From contig JAUVXM010000002.1 in assembly GCA_030603565.1 (NCBI GenBank), forward strand, positions 2,151 through 66,150: 64,000 bases of DNA, written 5' to 3'. Positions within the stretch are counted from its first letter, which is position 1. Every line of letters begins with the position of its first letter. Below the pieces are notes generated by a model. It did not search any database. It saw only the letters and a list, made by a program, of their open reading frames with translations, and was not told where the DNA came from. Position numbers and translations under genes: made by a program. Of the stretch, positions 37,407 through 47,490 are shown piece by piece. The stretch is from Candidatus Aminicenantes bacterium (GTDB lineage: Bacteria > Acidobacteriota > Aminicenantia > Aminicenantales > Aminicenantaceae).

Positions 37407-39710
37407 TTAAAAAGGGCGCCTTGCTGCAGTCAGGACTCTCAAGAAAGTCCCGGAAATCACATTCCGGAAATCCCCTCTATCATATTCAGCCTTAATGATC
37501 TCAGATATCACATCTACCATCTGCCCTTTCCCAGCATCTTTCCACACACAGTCTTCATTAACGATCATCAAATGTTCGGTCCCTACTGCTTCTTTAGCAT
37601 TAGTGAGAATTTTAAAATACTCAGCCGCAGCCGCACCTTTGGCAAGAACCAGCCCTACAGCCGCTTCTTTTTCCTTAACCAAATCAAGCACATCCTGTTC
37701 CGGGAGGTTTTCCTCCAGTAGAACAAAAGGTTTTTTTGAAGCCTTTAAAAGTGCTTTTGCCTGAGCAGTATCGGTTCCTTTAACCATAAGGAGAAGACCG
37801 CTCCGGTTAATACCTTTTAGAATCTGTTTTCCGTTTTCACTAAGTTCCTCACCCTCAAAAAGAGCCGCTGGATTATCAACTATAACAAAATAAGCCCCTT
37901 GTTTGGCTAAAACTTCAGCCCATTTCGGATCATCTTTGAAAGAATTGAGCCCCTTAAGCCCTGCCAGAATCGTAGTCTTTCCAGCCCGGACTGCCCGGCT
38001 AATTCCATTAGAGGGAGAAAATCCCTCAAGCCCTTCAGCTGCGTGTAATTTTTCAGCAGTAGTAAAAAGATTGTTTATTATATCAATCCTGAGCTCATCT
38101 CCGGAGAGTCCTTCTTTTTCGCCGATAATCGAAAGCTGTAGATCAACATATGAGTCTTTAACATCTTTTTTATGCTCTACAACATTAGCTAATTTATCCA
38201 GCTTAAAATTAATAAGATCCTGGTATTTCAGGTTATAGACGGCCTGCCGCTGCGGTTTTATAAAATCACCCGGCTCATCAGCCATAATCTTGGTTGCAGT
38301 GTGGATAAAATCTCCTACTCTTTTTAATATATAAGGTTTGACGAGATCAGTATCATCCCGGACCTGGTGATATTTAAAATGGTGTCCTGCTGTCATTACC
38401 CCATAAGCCGGAACTCCTTTAGCAAGGAAAGGAGAATGGTCTGAACCACCGGGGCCGCCGCGTCCGGGTTTGACATATTCCAGCATCTCCTTGGAAATCT
38501 TTTCCTTCACAGCATCCCAAATCCAGGGACCATAATACACTCCGTTGAAAGGCACTATTCCATTCCCATGTGCAACCATATCCATATTAAAGTAAGTGAT
38601 TGTCTTTTCGATCGGATGGGTGGGATGCCCACAATAATGCCGCGAGCCGAGCAGGCCCATCTCTTCTCCGGCCCAGGCAGCAAAGATCACTGTTCTTTTC
38701 GGTTTTGCCTTGTTAAGTTTCATAATGCGGGCGATCTCCATCATCACAGCAGATCCTGAGGCATTGTCATTAGCTCCATTGTAAACATCTCCATACGGGC
38801 TTACTCCCAGATGATCCATGTGTCCGCCGATAATAACATGTTCATCTTTCATCTGCTTGTCGCTTCCTGTGATCTTGGCTAAAATATTTCTTGTCTTTCT
38901 TTCCGGGTCAAATTCCGCATCAACTGAAATATAAACCTTTACGCCCGTGGCAAAAGACATGGGTTTTCCTTTGTCATCTATCTCCTGAAAAGGATAGCGG
39001 AGGTCGGTTTTAAGTTCTTTAAAAATAAACTCTGTGATTCTGCTTTCCGCTGATAATATGACAAAATGCGGATCATAAAGTTCTTTACTTAGTCTGAGCC
39101 TGAAATAACGGCTCTGGCTTGAGGCGCGGTTGAAACCGATAACACCCACAGCGCCCAGTTTTTTTGCTGCTGTGATACGGTTGTCCATCTTGGCTTCTTC
39201 CTCAAGCTTATCAGCAAGCTTTGCTGGAGCCCCGGTTGTAAAGAGAACGACTTTCCCTTTAACATCAACATCAGCATAGTCATCATAGCCTTTTTTTGGA
39301 GCATGAATACCGTAACCGGCAAAAACAACCTCAGCCACAAAATGTCCGGAGCCTGAATATCTCTGAACCCTCCAGTCTTCACCATAATAAAAATCACGAT
39401 GCAGTTTATCTGTCCAGACCTCAAAAGATGCTCCCTGATTCACATACCTGTACTCTACTTTAAATTCCTGAAAATAGGACCCATTATCTCCGGCCGGCTC
39501 CAATCCCCACTGCTTAAACTTGGCTGCAATATATTCTTCACCCATTACTCCGCCGGGATGGCCGCTTTGCCGCCCCTGCATGCAGTCGCATGCCAGGTCT
39601 TTAATGTAGCTCAAAGCTGCCATTTCATCAAAAGCCAGTCTCTTGTCTTTAGCTAAAGACGGGGTGGTAAGTAGAATTAATACAAGTATAAGTCCAATAG
39701 CTTTTTTCAT
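37407..39710 (-). CDS. M28 aminopeptidase with PA domain and degenerate M19-dipeptidase-like C-terminal domain
   Basis: GGHMDH, GANDNASG, GEEMGLLGS, NMDM, SDH, YH..DD; tail resembles a dipeptidase barrel. Confidence 0.88.
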   Translation of the reverse strand: MKKAIGLILVLILLTTPSLAKDKRLAFDEMAALSYIKDLACDCMQGRQSGHPGGVMGEEYIAAKFKQWGLEPAGDNGSYFQEFKVEYRYVNQGASFEVWTDKLHRDFYYGEDWRVQRYSGSGHFVAEVVFAGYGIHAPKKGYDDYADVDVKGKVVLFTTGAPAKLADKLEEEAKMDNRITAAKKLGAVGVIGFNRASSQSRYFRLRLSKELYDPHFVILSAESRITEFIFKELKTDLRYPFQEIDDKGKPMSFATGVKVYISVDAEFDPERKTRNILAKITGSDKQMKDEHVIIGGHMDHLGVSPYGDVYNGANDNASGSAVMMEIARIMKLNKAKPKRTVIFAAWAGEEMGLLGSRHYCGHPTHPIEKTITYFNMDMVAHGNGIVPFNGVYYGPWIWDAVKEKISKEMLEYVKPGRGGPGGSDHSPFLAKGVPAYGVMTAGHHFKYHQVRDDTDLVKPYILKRVGDFIHTATKIMADEPGDFIKPQRQAVYNLKYQDLINFKLDKLANVVEHKKDVKDSYVDLQLSIIGEKEGLSGDELRIDIINNLFTTAEKLHAAEGLEGFSPSNGISRAVRAGKTTILAGLKGLNSFKDDPKWAEVLAKQGAYFVIVDNPAALFEGEELSENGKQILKGINRSGLLLMVKGTDTAQAKALLKASKKPFVLLEENLPEQDVLDLVKEKEAAVGLVLAKGAAAAEYFKILTNAKEAVGTEHLMIVNEDCVWKDAGKGQMVDVISEIIKAEYDRGDFRNVISGTFLRVLTAARRPF

Positions 39711-39816
39711 AGATACCCTCCATAATTAAATTAAGAATTTTTATTATACATAAAATGAAATGCAAACAAAACCTTGAATCGACTTGACCTTTATGAGAAA
39801 ATTTTTTACATAAAAT

Positions 39817-41025
39817 ATGAGACTACTTTTATCTGTCGTTGTCATTTTGGTGATCGCCCTTTTGGGATCTCGCCTTACATTTTTAAACCGCCGCCTTCCC
39901 CTTGGTTTTAAAAACATATTATTTACAGGAGCTGAATACATATTCATCGGGGTTATCTTAGGTAGAATGGGCCTTAATCTTATAGATGCCCGGTCTTTAA
40001 ATAATCTGGAACCATTTATAATCTTCGGGCTTTGCTGGATCGGCTTTTTATTTGGCCTGCAATTCGAATTCCGTCAGCTCAAAAACCTGCCGCGTTTCTA
40101 CTTTTCAATCTCGGCCATACAGGCCTTTATTACTTTTTTAATCGTTAGTTTTGCGGTTTATCTATCATTTAGAGCACTGTTTTCGATACCTAAAAACACC
40201 CTGTTAATAATGGCCATTACCCTAGGAAGCGTAGCCTCTTGTACAGCCCAATCTGCCCTTGCCATAGTAAGTAATAACTATCAGTTTGAAAACCGCAAGC
40301 TTTTAGCTCTTTTGCGTTATATCTCCAGTGTTGACGGAATCTTTGCCTTGGGTTTTTTTACTATTGCTATTTGGATAATGCCAGGCGTTAATAATGCTGA
40401 CTTTAGCTTAGCAAGGTCTCTAAGATGGTTTATTTTATCAATATCTTTAGGAATCCTCTCAGCGCTCATCCTTATTACTCTGAGTAAGACAAAATTTTCT
40501 CAACAGGAATTCCTTGTTTTTTTAATCGGGACAGTTCTATTCTGCGGCGGATTAGCATCGAAAGCAAACTCTTCACCTCTTGTGATCGGCTTTATCTGTG
40601 GGACTATTACAGCAAACTTCTGCCGGCACCGCCTGCGTGCCCTGGCAACTATCATTCATTCTGAAAAATCCATTTATATTATTCTGCTCATTATAATCGG
40701 GGCAAGCTGGTCTTTTAAATTAGGTTATATTGTTTTGATCACAGGGATATATTTTTTAACAAGGACAATTGGCAAAGTTATTGGAACATTTACGGCCACA
40801 AGAATATTTAGAACAGAATTTTATACTCCCCCCGCTCTCGGTTTAGGCCTTCTTTCTGAAGGTGGGTTGACTATTGCAATAATAATTAATTTCAAACTCC
40901 TCTATCCCTCTTTATCAGATTACCTGGTAACAATAATCATATTGTCCCTGTTTGTTAATGAACTCATAAGCCCTAAGTTTATTCTCTATCAACTAAAAGG
41001 TTTTAAAAAGATAACAAAAAGATAA
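39817..41025 (+). CDS. Cation:proton antiporter (CPA2-like) 1
   Basis: ~12 TMs; WIGFLFGLQF, TAQS, SVD, RTIGK. Confidence 0.75.
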   Translation: MRLLLSVVVILVIALLGSRLTFLNRRLPLGFKNILFTGAEYIFIGVILGRMGLNLIDARSLNNLEPFIIFGLCWIGFLFGLQFEFRQLKNLPRFYFSISAIQAFITFLIVSFAVYLSFRALFSIPKNTLLIMAITLGSVASCTAQSALAIVSNNYQFENRKLLALLRYISSVDGIFALGFFTIAIWIMPGVNNADFSLARSLRWFILSISLGILSALILITLSKTKFSQQEFLVFLIGTVLFCGGLASKANSSPLVIGFICGTITANFCRHRLRALATIIHSEKSIYIILLIIIGASWSFKLGYIVLITGIYFLTRTIGKVIGTFTATRIFRTEFYTPPALGLGLLSEGGLTIAIIINFKLLYPSLSDYLVTIIILSLFVNELISPKFILYQLKGFKKITKR

Positions 41026-42341
41026 TGTTAAATAAAATAATCAGCCTTTTTCTTGCCCTTGCGACCATGTTTTTCATCGTTCATGCCGGACTAAAATTAA
41101 ATCAGAAAAACTGTCCTGTACTTGTTCTCGGTTTTATCCTTATCGCTGCCTACTGTATCGGTCAATTATTAGAAAAAATAGGGCTTCCAGGCATAGTAGG
41201 TTATATCTTAACAGGCCTTTTTATGGGTCCCTATTTCTTAAAATTCTACACAAGCTCTGCAATCAATGAGCTGAGTTTCATAAATAACTTAGCGCTCGCT
41301 TTCATCGCCTTTTGTGCCGGAGGTGAATTACGACTTTCAAATATACGCCGTATTTTAAAACCCATCATTTATTATATTTCCGGAATTACTCTTGTAGTAT
41401 TTACAGGGGTCACATTATTAATTTTTTCTATATCCAACCTTATCCCTTTTCTAAGGGGGCTAAGCCCGGAAGTCAAGCTTGCTGTCTCGGCTATTTTTGG
41501 GGTCATCACTGTAGCACGTTCTCCCTCATCCGCTATTGCCATTATAAGCGAAACAAAAGCTAAAGGTCCCTACACTGACTTAGTATTAAGTGTATCAGTC
41601 GCCATGGATGTTATTATCATCATGCTCTTTGCTGTTATCATATCAGTCTGTCAAATTTTTATACATACAAAAGACGGAATGGATTTATCTTTTATAGCAG
41701 TACTTATCTTTGAAATCGCTATTGCTTTTCTACTTGGTTATCTGTTAGGGAAATTTATTGTTTTTCTAATTGAGAAAGCAAAAGTCGAATTTGCTTTTGT
41801 TATTATAGCCATGGGTTTTTTTGTAATAGAATTTTCCCGCCTTTTAGGCAAATATTTACATGAAGTCCATAATATCGGGTTTGAGATAGAACCTCTTCTA
41901 ATCTGTATGGCAGCGGGTTTTACTGTGCAAAATTTTTCTGACTATGGCAAAAATTTTCTAGAGAGAATGGACAGGGTTTCACTTCCGATCTATATTGCCT
42001 TTTTTGCCATGACAGGAGCTGCAATGAACATCGATATACTACGCACAGGTTGGTTATTTGGACTTATTATCGTTGCGGCACGTTTAATATTAATCAATAT
42101 CGGCTCATATTTCAGTGGAAAACTTTCCAAAACTTCACCAAAGATCTATAAAAATGCCTGGTTAGGCTTTATTACTCAGGCAGGTGTAAGCTTAGGGCTG
42201 TTGACAGAAGTCGTGCGACGATTCCCTGATATTGGACCCTCTATCCAAACCATCCTCATTGCTGCTATAATAATGAACCAGATAATTGGTCCTATAGCTT
42301 TTAAATATGGGCTTAAAAAAGTGGGTGAGACTAATGTATAA
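41025..42341 (+). CDS. Cation:proton antiporter (CPA2-like) 2
   Basis: LPGIVGYILTGLFMGP, IAFCAGGEL, ARSPS, MDV, QAGVSLGL, NQIIGP. Confidence 0.85.
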   Translation: MLNKIISLFLALATMFFIVHAGLKLNQKNCPVLVLGFILIAAYCIGQLLEKIGLPGIVGYILTGLFMGPYFLKFYTSSAINELSFINNLALAFIAFCAGGELRLSNIRRILKPIIYYISGITLVVFTGVTLLIFSISNLIPFLRGLSPEVKLAVSAIFGVITVARSPSSAIAIISETKAKGPYTDLVLSVSVAMDVIIIMLFAVIISVCQIFIHTKDGMDLSFIAVLIFEIAIAFLLGYLLGKFIVFLIEKAKVEFAFVIIAMGFFVIEFSRLLGKYLHEVHNIGFEIEPLLICMAAGFTVQNFSDYGKNFLERMDRVSLPIYIAFFAMTGAAMNIDILRTGWLFGLIIVAARLILINIGSYFSGKLSKTSPKIYKNAWLGFITQAGVSLGLLTEVVRRFPDIGPSIQTILIAAIIMNQIIGPIAFKYGLKKVGETNV

Positions 42342-42352
42342 AGGAGAAAATC

Positions 42353-42820
42353 ATGCGGATTACTGATTATTTAAACAAAGAGTGCATTAAAATACCCCTA
42401 TCTAAAACAACCAAAAAGGAAATAATAGAAGAACTATTAGAGCTCATCCTATCAGTTAATCCCGAAATTGACAAAGAAAAAGCATTCCACTGCCTTATTG
42501 AACGTGAAAAAGTAGAGACAACCGCCATAGGAGACTATGTAGCGATTCCCCATGCGAGAATAAAAAACCTGGCAAAGATTTATCTCGCTTTTGGATTATC
42601 TGAAAACGGTATCGATTGTCACTCGATAGACGGCGAATGCGTTAAGCTTTTTTTCCTGATCCTTTTTCCTGAAGAGGAGATCAATGCTCAATTAAAGTTC
42701 CTAGCCCGTATTTCCCGCCTCCTTAAGGATAAAAACCTCCGTACTAAACTATTTAAGTGTAAAGACCATGAAAAAGTAATAGATGCCTTTAAACAATACG
42801 AAGAGCATCATTTCCAATGA
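42353..42820 (+). CDS. PTS EIIA (Ntr/fructose-type) domain protein
   Basis: ERE..ETTAIG..VAIPHAR with phospho-acceptor His; LARISRLL. Confidence 0.9.
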   Translation: MRITDYLNKECIKIPLSKTTKKEIIEELLELILSVNPEIDKEKAFHCLIEREKVETTAIGDYVAIPHARIKNLAKIYLAFGLSENGIDCHSIDGECVKLFFLILFPEEEINAQLKFLARISRLLKDKNLRTKLFKCKDHEKVIDAFKQYEEHHFQ

Positions 42821-42836
42821 TCGGCAGGACAGTAAT

Positions 42837-43166
42837 ATGAAACTTGTAATAATTTTCCTCAATCAAATCGAATACCTGGACGATCTGCTTGCTGCATTTC
42901 TTGAAATAGGAGTGCCCGGTGCTACAGTTTTAGATTCAGTCGGAATGTGGCATGTCATAAGCCATGATATTCCTATATTCGCAGGATTAAGAGACGCTTT
43001 TGCCGGAAGCAGTCCAACTAATAAAACAATCCTGATTGTAACTCAAGAAGATCGAATCGACCAAATAGATGAAGTATTACAGGATATCACAGGATATCCG
43101 GATGAAACAGGCATAGCAAAGATGGTTTCTCTGCCGGTCGATAAATTGTTCGGTTTTAAGTTTTGA
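42837..43166 (+). CDS. PII-like (GlnB-fold) protein
   Basis: Start reassigned to ATG 42837; GVPGATVLDSVGM..NKTIL..GIAKMVSLPVDKLFG. Confidence 0.75.
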   Translation: MKLVIIFLNQIEYLDDLLAAFLEIGVPGATVLDSVGMWHVISHDIPIFAGLRDAFAGSSPTNKTILIVTQEDRIDQIDEVLQDITGYPDETGIAKMVSLPVDKLFGFKF

Positions 43167-43213
43167 GAAACTCAAGCTATTTGATTTAAAATAGGCATAC
43201 AAAGGAGACAAAT

Positions 43214-44035
43214 ATGAAATATTTTAAGATGAGATTTTTTATGTTAGGCATTTGTTTTGGATTGATGCTTGGCACTGCCAATATTAATGCTCTGGAAGCT
43301 GAAGGAGAGCAAGCAAAAGATGGGATCAATGTAACAATATTGTATGACAATTATATCCATACAGAAGGGACAAAGGCAGATTGGGGATTCTCCTGCCTTA
43401 TCGAAGGCACAGAAAAAACCATTCTCTTTGACACAGGGACAAAACCTGATATTCTCTGGCACAATATAAAAAAACTCAACATCGATATCAATAAAGTTGA
43501 GCAGATCGTGATCTCTCATGAGCATGGGGACCATTTCGGAGGCCTATTTTCATTTCTTGAAAAAAAGACCGATGCCCCTGTCTATATCCCGGCATCATTT
43601 TCTGATGCCTTTGTAAAGAGGACAGAAAAAGCCGGAGGAAAAGTTGTCAAGGTCACAGAACCTGTGGAATTATGCAAAAACGTTTACCTGACCGGTGAGA
43701 TGGGAACCGGCATCATTGAACAATCACTGATATTTGATACCAGCAAAGGGCTGGTTGTCATAACAGGCTGCGCTCATCCCGGAGTGACAGAGATCGTCAA
43801 CAAAGCACGCGAGATTCTAAACAAAGATGTTTATTTTGTTTTGGGCGGCTTCCATCTGATGCAAAAATCTCAGGCCCAGGTACAGGCTATTATCAAACAA
43901 TTCGAAGCAGCAGGAGTAGTCAAATGCGGGGCCACCCACTGCACCGGCGACAAACAGATCGAGTGGTTTAAAGAGGCTTATGGCGATAATTATGTCTCAA
44001 TGGGGGTCGGGAAAATAATAAAAATCATCGAGTAA
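43214..44035 (+). CDS. MBL-fold metallohydrolase (COG1237-like), secreted
   Basis: WGFS, LFDTG, SHEHGDHFGG, GCAHPG, GGFHL, HCTG. Confidence 0.88.
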   Translation: MKYFKMRFFMLGICFGLMLGTANINALEAEGEQAKDGINVTILYDNYIHTEGTKADWGFSCLIEGTEKTILFDTGTKPDILWHNIKKLNIDINKVEQIVISHEHGDHFGGLFSFLEKKTDAPVYIPASFSDAFVKRTEKAGGKVVKVTEPVELCKNVYLTGEMGTGIIEQSLIFDTSKGLVVITGCAHPGVTEIVNKAREILNKDVYFVLGGFHLMQKSQAQVQAIIKQFEAAGVVKCGATHCTGDKQIEWFKEAYGDNYVSMGVGKIIKIIE

Positions 44036-44185
44036 ATAACACCCGGCAGTTACGCGTTGCAGCAATAAGAGCATCCAGGTCAATAACCTTAACGTCCTCA
44101 ATAGATAGAGGAAGCAGGGGAGATGCTTCCTGCAAATGAAAAACTATATACTGATTGACGAAATAGCTTTATTCTTATATTATTA

Positions 44186-44701
44186 ATGACAATTGAGGGT
44201 GGAAAGGCAATGCTGAAAGAAAAATTTAAAGAACTTCAAGACAAACTCTTAGAGGAAACCAAATCTTTTTATAGGGACCGGCTTGTCTCTTTTATCGTCT
44301 ATGGTTCAGTTGCCAGAGAAACATTTCGATTTAATTCTGATATCGATCTCTTGATAATCGCCAGAAATCTTCCTAAAGGAAGAATGAAGAGAGTCACCCA
44401 ATTTTCGACCGTCGAAGACCGGGTCGAGCCTTTTTTAGAGTGCCTTAAAAAGGAAGGAATCAACACCTTTGTCTCGGCTATTTTTAAAACTCCTCAGGAA
44501 GTTGAAAGGGGAAGCCTTCTCTTTCTCGATATGGTGGAGGATGCCCGTATTCTTTATGATAAGAATAAATTCTTCACGAAATGGCTTGAAAAGTTCCGAA
44601 GCAGACTAAGAGAGCTGGGCGCAAAGAGAGTGTGGAAAGGAAATATGTGGTACTGGGTATTGAAACCGGATTATCAGCCGGGTGAGGTCATTGAATTATG
44701 A
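44186..44701 (+). CDS. Minimal nucleotidyltransferase (MNT) antitoxin
   Basis: YGSVAR..SDIDL; start may be ATG 44210. Confidence 0.88.
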   Translation: MTIEGGKAMLKEKFKELQDKLLEETKSFYRDRLVSFIVYGSVARETFRFNSDIDLLIIARNLPKGRMKRVTQFSTVEDRVEPFLECLKKEGINTFVSAIFKTPQEVERGSLLFLDMVEDARILYDKNKFFTKWLEKFRSRLRELGAKRVWKGNMWYWVLKPDYQPGEVIEL

Positions 44702-45102
44702 ATACCAAGAGCCTTGCGGAGAGTTATCTGAAAAAAGCTTTAGACAGGCTGGATATTTTGGACCTGCTTTTTAAGAAAGGCGCTTTTTCTGATGTTATAA
44801 GAGAATCCCAGGAAATAGTCGAACTGTCACTTAAAGGTATGCTGCGGTTTGTAGGAGTGGAGCCTCCAAAAATTCATGATGTTGGTAGCCTTCTCCTTGA
44901 GCACAACAATAAATTTCCCAAGGATATCTCAAAACAATTAAACAAGCTTGCTGATGTTTCAAAAAGGCTCAGGAAAGAAAGGGAATTGGCTTTTTACGGA
45001 GACATTGATTTTATACCAACAGAAGAGTATACAAAAGAAGATGCAAAAGAAGCCATCAGAGATACTCGGTTAATTGTCGAAACAGCAAGAAAATTACTGT
45101 AA
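44698..45102 (+). CDS. HEPN domain protein
   Basis: SQEIVELSLKG, PPKIHDV, RELAFYGD; ATGA-coupled to the MNT gene. Confidence 0.88.
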   Translation: MNTKSLAESYLKKALDRLDILDLLFKKGAFSDVIRESQEIVELSLKGMLRFVGVEPPKIHDVGSLLLEHNNKFPKDISKQLNKLADVSKRLRKERELAFYGDIDFIPTEEYTKEDAKEAIRDTRLIVETARKLL

Positions 45103-45110
45103 AACTGCCG

Positions 45111-46406
45111 CTACTTTCTGTGACCTGCTATTTTTTTGATCCCATCCAGAAGCATATCCACTTCTTTATGGGTGATATATATATGAGTTGAGACCCGGCA
45201 GCCGTATGTGCCTTTTTTACTGCTCCCTACAGTGCGTATCACAATATTATATTTCTGTCTGACAAATTCCACAATATCCTTTGGTTCGACTCCTTTGATT
45301 GAAAAAGCTGTTAAGCCGCCGCTTATATAGGGATCCTGAGAAGTGTGCAGTTTTGCTCCCGGAATCTTTTTCAATTCCTGTTTAAAATGTCCGGCCAAAG
45401 ACTTTATTCTTTTCTCGATCCGTGCTTTGCCAATATAGTTCTGAAAGTTGACCGCCTCACCCAACGCAATACCAAGCGCATCAGCTCTTTGTCCTAGTGT
45501 TTCATATTTCCGGGCACTTTTGCTGCTCCAACCAGAGGTGACGATCGAAGGCCAGAGCCTGTCTTGAACTTCTTTGCGTACATAAAACACGCCAACTCCG
45601 GTGGGCGCTCCCAGCCATTTATAAGGGCTTGTAGCAAAAAAATCGATTCCCAGCTCCTTCATATCCAAGTCCAGCATCCCGATCCCATGGGCACTGTCAG
45701 CTACAACTAAAAGGCCTTTTTCATGAGCCATTTTGCTCAGCTCTTTAAGGGGAGATATCAGGCCGGAAATATACACTGTATGGCTGACACTTATTACCTT
45801 AGTTTTTGGGCTTATCGCTTTTCTAAATCCGTCGACAAATTCATCAACGCTTTTGGGAGGGAGCCCGATGGGAACTTCTTTTATGTTAATACCGAAGCGC
45901 TCTTCCTTGATCTTCCAGGGATGAGTTCCTCCGGGATGCTCCATGGTCGAAATCAAAACCTCATCTCCCTCTTTCATATCCAACCCATTGGCTACAAAAT
46001 TCATGCCTTCTGTTGTGTTATGGACAATCGCTACTTCATCTGTAGAGGCATTGATAAACTCTGCCACTTTGGAGCGCACCTCTTCTTTTTTGCGGGGTAA
46101 ATAAGTATAAGCATCGACCGGGCTAGTAGCCTGCACTTTAAATGCTTTCATAAGAGTATTAAACACCGGTTTAGGCATGGGGCCGACTGTTCCGTTATTC
46201 ATCATTATAAGCCCGTCCTGGAATAAGAATTTATCTCTTATAGCATCCCAGTACACACCGTCAGGCGCTTCATCTTTGACATACTTCTGGTTTAAGGTTT
46301 TTATGCCCTGGTATATAGAAGCGTTCAATTTATCCAAAGCAGTTACAGATAAAGCAGAACCTGCAACCATATACTTAACAAAGGCTCTTCTTGTAAGATT
46401 TTCCAT
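45111..46406 (-). CDS. Class V PLP aminotransferase-fold enzyme (isopenicillin-N epimerase-like), Tat signal
   Basis: TRRAFVK; NNGTVG, NTTEG, EHPG, DSAH, SPYKW, RVSTHIY. Confidence 0.88.
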   Translation of the reverse strand: MENLTRRAFVKYMVAGSALSVTALDKLNASIYQGIKTLNQKYVKDEAPDGVYWDAIRDKFLFQDGLIMMNNGTVGPMPKPVFNTLMKAFKVQATSPVDAYTYLPRKKEEVRSKVAEFINASTDEVAIVHNTTEGMNFVANGLDMKEGDEVLISTMEHPGGTHPWKIKEERFGINIKEVPIGLPPKSVDEFVDGFRKAISPKTKVISVSHTVYISGLISPLKELSKMAHEKGLLVVADSAHGIGMLDLDMKELGIDFFATSPYKWLGAPTGVGVFYVRKEVQDRLWPSIVTSGWSSKSARKYETLGQRADALGIALGEAVNFQNYIGKARIEKRIKSLAGHFKQELKKIPGAKLHTSQDPYISGGLTAFSIKGVEPKDIVEFVRQKYNIVIRTVGSSKKGTYGCRVSTHIYITHKEVDMLLDGIKKIAGHRK

Positions 46407-46419
46407 TAAAGTCTCCTTA

Positions 46420-47376
46420 TTAGACTTTTACTTCTTTTATTTTTATTTTTTTCAGAGCCATATTGCCCAAGCCGCATTTATGAGCATGGGTTATTTGAGT
46501 ACAGTCTTCAGCTTTGACATCCCAAAGGGTTGTACAAAAAGAATCCACGGCAACCCGGTCAACCCCGGCAATTACTTTTTGCGGTTTATTAAGCTCGCCC
46601 GGCCCCATCGGTCCGTTTGTTATGATAAATTCTGTAGCATCTACTACACAAAGGTCAGGTTTAACAGCTCTGTTTAAATCAACAATACAGTAGTCCAGGT
46701 GTCGTATGGCATTTACATCAGTCGTCCAGTTTTCTTTATGAAAATTCGAGCGGTTATGAGTGGGAAAGTTAATACCCATGAGATTTTTCATAGTGCCGGT
46801 AAATTTGTTCCCGGCATGGTCTTTTGTAATGGGCATGTCAATAAAAACATCATTATTATAGAGTTCTTTTATTATCATGGCATCTTTAATAGCCGTGCCG
46901 TCAGGTATCTTTACCTGCTTGAAGAGGGCTTCTTCCCGTTCGACCAACTTCAAGTTTGCACCTTCCGCTTTCAGAGCCTTTGTCATTCCGGTTGATTCCC
47001 AGTTTTTTTCACCAAGCCATGACAGAACATTCACTTCTGCGGCCCCAGCCTTTTTACACATCCGGATCACTGCCCGCACGATCTCCCGCTTAGTAAAAGT
47101 CCCCGGATGCCATCTCTGGACATTAGGCAACAGTGCCACTTTGGAGCCTTTAGATACGATCTTGTCCATCCCGCCCAATAATTCAACCGCTTTAAAGGTG
47201 CTTTTATAATAATCAGCACCGCTTACTACGGTTAAATCCGCAAGCTGTCCTTCAAAAAAATAAGTACTGCCGACTCCAGGTCTGCTCTGAGCAATAAGGC
47301 TTCCTCCTATTGCCGCAGTCAAACCAAACTGCGCACTTTGTTTAAAAAATTCTCTCCGCCCAATTTTTTTTGTCAT
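46420..47376 (-). CDS. DUF362 domain protein, Tat signal
   Basis: GRREFFK; LLPN, P.TKDH..TGTMKNLMG, VDAT, DRVAVD. Confidence 0.85.
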   Translation of the reverse strand: MTKKIGRREFFKQSAQFGLTAAIGGSLIAQSRPGVGSTYFFEGQLADLTVVSGADYYKSTFKAVELLGGMDKIVSKGSKVALLPNVQRWHPGTFTKREIVRAVIRMCKKAGAAEVNVLSWLGEKNWESTGMTKALKAEGANLKLVEREEALFKQVKIPDGTAIKDAMIIKELYNNDVFIDMPITKDHAGNKFTGTMKNLMGINFPTHNRSNFHKENWTTDVNAIRHLDYCIVDLNRAVKPDLCVVDATEFIITNGPMGPGELNKPQKVIAGVDRVAVDSFCTTLWDVKAEDCTQITHAHKCGLGNMALKKIKIKEVKV

Positions 47377-47389
47377 AATTCCCTCCTAA

Positions 47390-47429
47390 CCTGAACTATT
47401 CATAAAACTCAACTCGTGAATAATTTAGG
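47390..47429. mobile_element. Minimal 40-bp MITE-like copy with CTAA target duplication
   Basis: CTAA|CCTGAACTATTCA-TAAAACTCAACTCG-TGAATAATTTAGG|CTAA. Confidence 0.75.
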
Positions 47430-47490
47430 CTAATAATTCTTCTGTTATAATATATGTAAAAATAGTACAACAGAAAATAAAAAAGTTCAA

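Noticed and set aside
44110-44130. GGAAGCA/TGCTTCC hairpin
   Set aside because: Only a 7-bp stem without a U-tract; insufficient to call.
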